The translations under genes were made by a program, and so were the position numbers. The notes under the pieces were generated by a model. It made no database searches and was not told where the DNA came from. It saw only the letters and a list, made by a program, of their open reading frames with translations. This document shows positions 55,456 to 64,000 of a stretch of DNA of 64,000 nucleotides, one piece after another (the stretch's first letter is position 1; each line of letters begins with the position of its first letter). This stretch comes from Auanema rhodensis. Its lineage: Eukaryota; Animalia; Nematoda. The stretch is taken from positions 4,526,001 to 4,590,000 of the forward strand of contig OZ059894.1 of the NCBI GenBank assembly GCA_964057225.1. Reading direction: 5' to 3'.

Positions 55456-58400
55456 CTGCGTCGATCTGTGTTATCAGATTTGCGCTAGCTTAAAAATGCA
55501 CCGAGATATCAACTGATATAAGTTCACACTTATATCCTCGATTTTCACCCTGAAGAATTAATTTTTTCGTTGAATAACATTGTCCATCGTCTTTGCCTTG
55601 AAAAATGGAATCTAAAAACATCTACTTTTTGCTGAATTATTTTGAAATTTTTCGAAAAAATTTTTGTCAAAATGTTTTTAGAAGCAATGTTGAGTGTACA
55701 TGGAAACTCAACATACACTAATGCATCATTTTTCAAACGATCATAACTAATTTTTGTATCAAGTGTTTCTCAATGTAGTATAGTGCATTCGATGCGGATT
55801 TTTAAGCTGCGTCGATCTGTGTTATCAGATTTGCGCTAGCTTAAAAATGCACCGAGATATCAACTGATAGAAGTTCACACTTATATCCTCGATTTTCACC
55901 CTGAAGAATTAATTTTTTCGTTGAATAACATTGTCCATCGTCTTTGCCTTGAAAAATGGAATCTAAAAACATCTACTTTTTGCTAAATTATTTTGAAATT
56001 TTTCGAAAAAATTTTTGTCAAAATGTTTTTGGAAGCAATGTTGAGTGTACATGGAAACTCAACATACACTAATGCATCATTTTTCAAACGATCATAACTA
56101 ATTTTTGTATTAAGCGTTCTTCAATGTAGTATAGTGCATTCGATGCGGATTTTTAAGCTGCGTCGATCTGTGTTATCAGATTTGCGCTAGCTTAAAAATG
56201 CACCGAGATATCAACTGATATAAGTTCACACTTATATCCTCGATTTTCACCCTGAAGAATTAATTTTTTCGTTGAATAACATTGTCCATCGTCTTTGCCT
56301 TGAAAAAAGGAATCCAAAAACATCTACTTTTTGCTAAATTATTTTGAAATTTTTCGAAAAAATTTTTGTCAAAATGTTTTTGGAAGCAATGTTGAGTGTA
56401 CATGGAAACTCAACATACACTAATGCATCATTTTTCAAACGATCATAACTAATTTTTGTATCAAGCGTTTCTTAATGTAGTATAGTGCATTCGATCCGGA
56501 TTTTTAAGCTGCGTCGATCTGTGTTATCAGATTTGCGCTAGCTTAAAAATGCACCGAGATATCAACTGATATAAGTTCACACTTATATCCTCGATTTTCA
56601 CCCTGAAGAATTAATTTTTTCGTTGAATAACATTGTCCATCGTCTTTGCCTTGAAAAATGGAATCTAAAAACATCTACTTTTTGCTAAATTATTTTGAAA
56701 TTTTTCGAAAAAATTTTTGTCAAAATGTTTTTGGAAGCAATGTTGAGTGTACATGGAAACTCAACATACACTAATGCATCATTTTTCAAACGATCATAAC
56801 TTATTTTTGTAACAAGCGTTTCTCAATGTAGTATAGTGCATTCGATGCGGATTTTTAAGCTGCGTCGATCTGTGTTATCAGATTTGCGCTAGCTTAAAAA
56901 TGCACCGAGATATCAACTGATATAAGTTCACACTTATATCCTCGATTTTCACCCTGAAGAATTAATTTTTTCGTTGAATAACATTGTCCATCGTCTTTGC
57001 CTTGAAAAAAGGAATCTAAAAACATCTACTTTTTGCTAAATTATTTTGAAATTTTTCGAAAAAATTTTTGTCAAAATGTTTTTGGAAGCAATGTTTAGTG
57101 TACATGGAAACTCAACATACACTAATGCATCATTTTTCAAACGATCATAACTAATTTTTGTATCAAGCGTTTTTTAATGTAGTATAGTGCATTCGATCCG
57201 GATTTTTAAGCTGCGTCGATCTGTGTTATCAGATTTGCGCTAGCTTAAAAATGCACCGAGATATCAACTGATATAAGTTCACACTTATATCCTCGATTTT
57301 CACCCTGAAGAATTAATTTTTTCGTTGAATAACATTGTCCATCGTCTTTGCCTTGAAAAATGGAATCTAAAAACATCTACTTTTTGCTGAATTATTTTGA
57401 AATTTTTCGAAAAAATTTTTGTCAAAATGTTTTTAGAAGCAATGTTGAGTGTACATGGAAACTCAACATACACTAATGCATCATTTTTCAAACGATCATA
57501 ACTAATTTTTGTATCAAGTGTTTCTCAATGTAGTATAGTGCATTCGATGCGGATTTTTAAGCTGCGTCGATCTGTGTTATCAGATTTGCGCTAGCTTAAA
57601 AATGCACCGAGATATCAACTGATAGAAGTTCACACTTATATCCTCGATTTTCACCCTGAAGAATTAATTTTTTCGTTGAATAACATTGTCCATCGTCTTT
57701 GCCTTGAAAAATGGAATCTAAAAACATCTACTTTTTGCTAAATTATTATGAAATTTTTCGAAAAAATTTTTGTCAAAATGTTTTTGGAAGCAATGTTGAG
57801 TGTACATGGAAACTCAACATACACTAATGCATCATTTTTCAAACGATCATAACTAATTTTTGTATTAAGCGTTCTTCAATGTAGTATAGTGCATTCGATG
57901 CGGATTTTTAAGCTGCGTCGATCTGTGTTATCAGATTTGCGCTAGCTTAAAAATGCACCGAGATATCAACTGATATAAGTTCACACTTATATCCTCGATT
58001 TTCACCCTGAAGAATTAATTTTTTCGTTGAATAACATTGTCCATCGTCTTTGCCTTGAAAAAAGGAATCTAAAAACATCTACTTTTTGCTAAATTATTTT
58101 GAAATTTTTCGAAAAAATTTTTGTCAAAATGTTTTTGGAAGCAATGTTGAGTGTACATGGAAACTCAACATACACTAATGCATCATTTTTCAAACGATCA
58201 TAACTAATTTTTGTATCAAGCGTTTCTTAATGTAGTATAGTGCATTCGATCCGGATTTTTAAGCTGCGTCGATCTGTGTTATCAGATTTGCGCTAGCTTA
58301 AAAATGCACCGAGATATCAACTGATATAAGTTCACACTTATATCCTCGATTTTCACCCTGAAGAATTAATTTTTTCGTTGAATAACATTGTCCATCGTCT

Positions 58401-61400
58401 TTGCCTTGAAAAATGGAATCTAAAAACATCTACTTTTTGCTAAATTATTTTGAAATTTTTCGAAAAAATTTTTGTCAAAATGTTTTTGGAAGCAATGTTG
58501 AGTGTACATGGAAACTCAACATACACTAATGCATCATTTTTCAAACGATCATAACTTATTTTTGTAACAAGCGTTTCTCAATGTAGTATAGTGCATTCGA
58601 TGCGGATTTTTAAGCTGCGTCGATCTGTGTTATCAGATTTGCGCTAGCTTAAAAATGCACCGAGATATCAACTGATATAAGTTCACACTTATATCCTCGA
58701 TTTTCACCCTGAAGAATTAATTTTTTCGTTGAATAACATTGTCCATCGTCTTTGCCTTGAAAAAAGGAATCTAAAAACATCTACTTTTTGCTAAATTATT
58801 TTGAAATTTTTTGAAAAAATTTTTGTCAAAATGTTTTTGGAAGCAATGTTTAGTATACATGGAAACTCAACATACACTAATGCATCATTTTTCAAACGAT
58901 CATAACTAATTTTTGTATCAAGCGTTTTTTAATGTAGTATAGTGCATTCGATCCGGATTTTTAAGCTGCGTCGATCTGTGTTATCAGATTTGCGCTAGCT
59001 TAAAAATGCACCGAGATATCAACTGATATAAGTTCACACTTATATCCTCGATTTTCACCCTGAAGAATTAATTTTTTCGTTGAATAACATTGTCCATCGT
59101 CTTTGCCTTGAAAAATGGAATCTAAAAACATCTACTTTTTGCTAAATTATTTTGCAATTTTTCGAAAAAATTTTTGTCAAAATGTTTTTGGAAGCAATGT
59201 TTAGTGTACATGGAAACTCAACATACACTAATGCATCATTTTTCAAACGATCATAACTAATTTTTGTATCAAGCGTTTTTTAATGTAGTATAGTGCATTC
59301 GATCCGGATTTTTAAGCTGCGTCGATCTGTGTTATCAGATTTGCGCTAGCTTAAAAATGCACCGAGATATCAACTGATATAAGTTCACACTTATATCCTC
59401 GATTTTCACCCTGAAGAATTAATTTTTTCGTTGAATAACATTGTCCATCGTCTTTGCCTTGAAAAATGGAATCTAAAAACATCTACTTTTTGCTGAATTA
59501 TTTTGAAATTTTTCGAAAAAATTTTTGTCAAAATGTTTTTAGAAGCAATGTTGAGTGTACATGGAAACTCAACATACACTAATGCATCATTTTTCAAACG
59601 ATCATAACTAATTTTTGTATCAAGTGTTTCTCAATGTAGTATAGTGCATTCGATGCGGATTTTTAAGCTGCGTCGATCTGTGTTATCAGATTTGCGCTAG
59701 CTTAAAAATGCACCGAGATATCAACTGATAGAAGTTCACACTTATATCCTCGATTTTCACCCTGAAGAATTAATTTTTTCGTTGAATAACATTGTCCATC
59801 GTCTTTGCCTTGAAAAATGGAATCTAAAAACATCTACTTTTTGCTAAATTATTTTGAAATTTTTCGAAAAAATTTTTGTCAAAATGTTTTTGGAAGCAAT
59901 GTTGAGTGTACATGGAAACTCAACATACACTAATGCATCATTTTTCAAACGATCATAACTAATTTTTGTATTAAGCGTTCTTCAATGTAGTATAGTGCAT
60001 TCGATGCGGATTTTTAAGCTGCGTCGATCTGTGTTATCAGATTTGCGCTAGCTTAAAAATGCACCGAGATATCAACTGATATAAGTTCACACTTATATCC
60101 TCGATTTTCACCCTGAAGAATTAATTTTTTCGTTGAATAACATTGTCCATCGTCTTTGCCTTGAAAAAAGGAATCTAAAAACATCTACTTTTTGCTAAAT
60201 TATTTTGAAATTTTTCGAAAAAATTTTTGTCAAAATGTTTTTGGAAGCAATGTTGAGTGTACATGGAAACTCAACATACACTAATGCATCATTTTTCAAA
60301 CGATCATAACTAATTTTTGTATCAAGCGTTTCTTAATGTAGTATAGTGCATTCGATCCGGATTTTTAAGCTGCGTCGATCTGTGTTATCAGATTTGCGCT
60401 AGCTTAAAAATGCACCGAGATATCAACTGATATAAGTTCACACTTATATCCTCGATTTTCACCCTGAAGAATTAATTTTTTCGTTGAATAACATTGTCCA
60501 TCGTCTTTGCCTTGAAAAATGGAATCTAAAAACATCTACTTTTTGCTAAATTATTTTGAAATTTTTCGAAAAAATTTTTGTCAAAATGTTTTTGGAAGCA
60601 ATGTTGAGTGTACATGGAAACTCAACATACACTAATGCATCATTTTTCAAACGATCATAACTTATTTTTGTAACAAGCGTTTCTCAATGTAGTATAGTGC
60701 ATTCGATGCGGATTTTTAAGCTGCGTCGATCTGTGTTATCAGATTTGCGCTAGCTTAAAAATGCACCGAGATATCAACTGATATAAGTTCACACTTATAT
60801 CCTCGATTTTCACCCTGAAGAATTAATTTTTTCGTTGAATAACATTGTCCATCGTCTTTGCCTTGAAAAAAGGAATCTAAAAACATCTACTTTTTGCTAA
60901 ATTATTTTGAAATTTTTTGAAAAAATTTTTGTCAAAATGTTTTTGGAAGCAATGTTTAGTGTACATGGAAACTCAACATACACTAATGCATCATTTTTCA
61001 AACGATCATAACTAATTTTTGTATCAAGCGTTTTTTAATGTAGTATAGTGCATTCGATCCGGATTTTTAAGCTGCGTCGATCTGTGTTATCAGATTTGCG
61101 CTAGCTTAAAAATGCACCGAGATATCAACTGATATAAGTTCACACTTATATCCTCGATTTTCACCCTGAAGAATTAATTTTTTCGTTGAATAACATTGTC
61201 CATCGTCTTTGCCTTGAAAAATGGAATCTAAAAACATCTACTTTTTGCTAAATTATTTTGCAATTTTTCGAAAAAATTTTTGTCAAAATGTTTTTGGAAG
61301 CAATGTTGAGTGTACATGGAAACTCAACATACACTAATGCATCATTTTTCAAACGATCATAACTTATTTTTGTAACAAGCGTTTCTCAATGTAGTATAGT

Positions 61401-61422
61401 GCATTCGATGCGGATTTTTAAG
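55456..61422. repeat. Second cluster of the P-Q-R-S-T higher-order repeat (3 copies; the last two extended to a 6-mer)
   Basis: P monomers start at 55456, 57211 and 59317 (spacings 1755 and 2106). An extra monomer carrying tttgcaatt follows T at 58966 and 61072. Confidence 0.85.
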
Positions 61423-64000
61423 CTGCGTCGATCTGTGTTATCAGATTTGCGCTAGCTTAAAAATGCACCGAGATATCAACTGATATAAGTTCACACTTAT
61501 ATCCTCGATTTTCAACCTGAAGAATTAATTTTTTCGTTGAATAACATTGTCCATCGTCTTTGCCTCAAAAAATGGAATCTAAAAACATCTACTTTTTGCT
61601 AAATTATTTTGAAATTTTTCGAAAAAATTTTTGTCAAAATGTTTTTGGAAGCAATGTTGAGTGTACATGGAAACTCAACATACACTAATGCATCATTTTT
61701 CAAACGATCATAACTAATTTTTGTATTAAGCGTTCTTCAATGTAGTATAGTGCATTCGATCCGGATTTTTAAGCTGCGTCGATCTGTGTTATCAGATTTG
61801 CGCTAGCTTAAAAATGCACCGAGATATCAACTGATATAAGTTCACACTTATATCCTCGATTTTCACCCTGAAGAATTAATTTTTTCGTTGAATAACATTG
61901 TCCATCGTCTTTGCCTTGAAAAAAGGAATCTGAAAACATCTACTTTTTGCTAAATTATTTTGAAATTTTTCGAAAAAATTTTTGTCAAAATGTTTTTGGA
62001 AGCAATGTTGAGTGTACATGGAAACTCAACATACACTAATGCATCATTTTTCAAACGATCATAACTAATTTTTGTATTAAGCTTTTCTCAATGTAGTATA
62101 GTGCATTCGATGCGGATTTTTAAGCTGCGTCGATCTGTGTTATCAGATTTGCGCTAGCTTAAAAATGCACCGAGATATCAACTGATATAAGTTCACACTT
62201 ATATCCTCGATTTTCACCCTGAAGAATTAATTTTTTCGTTGAATAACATCGTCCATCGTCTTTGCCTTGAAAAATGGAATCTAAAAACATCTACTTTTTG
62301 CTAAATTATTTTGAAATTTTTCGAAAAAATTTTTGTCAAAATGTTTTTGGAAGCAATGTTGAGTGTACATGGAAACTCAACATACACTAATGCATCATTT
62401 TTCAAACGATCATAACTAATTTTTGTATCAAGCGTTTCTTAATGTAGTATAGTGCATTCGATGCGGATTTTTAAGCTGCGTCGATCTGTGTTATCAGATT
62501 TGCGCTAGCTTAAAAATGCACCGAGATATCAACTGATATAAGTTCACACTTATATCCTCGATTTTCACCCTGAAGAATTAATTTTTTCGTTGAATAACAT
62601 CGTCCATCGTCTTTGCCTTGAAAAATTGAATCTAAAAACATCTACTTTTTGCTAAATTATTTTGAAATTTTTCGAAAAAATTTTTGTCAAAATGTTTTTG
62701 GAAGCAATGTTGAGTGTACATGGAAACTCAACATACACTAATGCATCATTTTTCAAACGATCATAACTAATTTTTGTATCAAGCGTTTCTTAATGTAGTA
62801 TAGTGCATTCGATGCGGATTTTTAAGCTGCGTCGATCTGTGTTATCAGATTTGCGCTAGCTTAAAAATGCACCGAGATATCAACTGATATAAGTTCACAC
62901 TTATATCCTCGATTTTCACCCTGAAGAATTAATTTTTTCGTTGAATAACATTGTCCATCGTCTTTGCCTTAAAAAAAGGAATCTAAAAACATCTACTTTT
63001 TGCTAAATTATTTTGAAATTTTTCGAAAAAATTTTTGTCAAAATGTTTTTAGAAGCAATGTTGAGTGTACATGGAAACTCAACATACACTAATGCATCAT
63101 TTTTCAAACGATCATAACTAATTTTTGTATCAAGTGTTTCTCAATGTAGTATAGTGCATTCGATGCGGATTTTTAAGCTGCGTCGATCTGTGTTATCAGA
63201 TTTGCGCTAGCTTAAAAATGCACCGAGATATCAACTGATAGAAGTTCACACTTATATCCTCGATTTTCACCCTGAAGAATTAATTTTTTCGTTGAATAAC
63301 ATTGTCCATCGTCTTTGCCTTGAAAAATGGAATCTAAAAACATCTACTTTTTGCTAAATTATTTTGAAATTTTTCGAAAAAATTTTTGTCAAAATGTTTT
63401 TGGAAGCAATGTTGAGTGTACATGGAAACTCAACATACACTAATGCATCATTTTTCAAACGATCATAACTAATTTTTGTATTAAGCGTTCTTCAATGTAG
63501 TATAGTGCATTCGATGCGGATTTTTAAGCTGCGTCGATCTGTGTTATCAGATTTGCGCTAGCTTAAAAATGCACCGAGATATCAACTGATATAAGTTCAC
63601 ACTTATATCCTCGATTTTCACCCTGAAGAATTAATTTTTTCGTTGAATAACATTGTCCATCGTCTTTGCCTTGAAAAAAGGAATCTAAAAACATCTACTT
63701 TTTGCTAAATTATTTTGAAATTTTTCGAAAAAATTTTTGTCAAAATGTTTTTGGAAGCAATGTTGAGTGTACATGGAAACTCAACATACACTAATGCATC
63801 ATTTTTCAAACGATCATAACTAATTTTTGTATCAAGCGTTTCTTAATGTAGTATAGTGCATTCGATCCGGATTTTTAAGCTGCGTCGATCTGTGTTATCA
63901 GATTTGCGCTAGCTTAAAAATGCACCGAGATATCAACTGATATAAGTTCACACTTATATCCTCGATTTTCACCCTGAAGAATTAATTTTTTCGTTGAATA

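Larger units (their letters stand above)
1..64000. repeat. Tandem satellite DNA array, 351-bp monomer, ~182.3 copies, head-to-tail, single orientation
   Basis: The motif ctgcgtcgatctgtg recurs at 1, 352, 703 ... 7021 (=1+20x351) and 12637. After a 5-bp deletion it recurs at 12983, 15791 ..., and after two 1-bp insertions at 53701, 60721 and 63880. Monomers differ by only a few substitutions and no unique sequence is seen. Confidence 0.99.

Noticed and set aside
37642-59597. Seven near-identical 63-aa minus-strand ORFs (MKNDALVYVEF...)
   Set aside because: The start is TTG, not ATG. The frame is open only where one SNP (monomer position 179 A>G, gctaaa>gctgaa) turns TAG into CAG. Monomers 12 and 15 have this SNP but gain a TAA downstream. 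The K/F/I/N-rich composition reflects A/T tracts and no domain is recognisable. The ORFs are useful only as HOR markers.
1-64000. CRISPR array
   Set aside because: There are no unique spacers, the whole 351-bp unit is repeated, and no cas genes are present.

Overview
The whole 64-kb window is one uninterrupted head-to-tail tandem satellite array. The monomer is 351 bp and AT-rich (about 32% GC by hand count). There are 182 complete copies plus a 121-bp partial copy, all in the same orientation, and neither array edge lies in the window. I see no genes, RNA genes, CRISPR arrays or inserted transposons. The seven 63-aa ORFs are a by-product of one SNP that removes a stop codon. Only three monomers differ in length (one of 346 bp, two of 352 bp). 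Structure exists at two scales. (i) Within the monomer there are several dyad symmetries. The largest is a ~22-bp imperfect inverted repeat (..CTG-tgttat-CAG..) resembling abutting terminal inverted repeats of a tandemly amplified MITE. (ii) Between monomers, shared SNPs record local domains and incipient higher-order repeats (2-, 3-, 5-, 6- and 7-mers, and copies 9, 12 and 27 monomers apart). The array looks like eukaryotic (peri)centromeric satellite DNA, but organism and function cannot be established from sequence alone. Monomer numbers below count from position 1, and all comparisons were made by eye.
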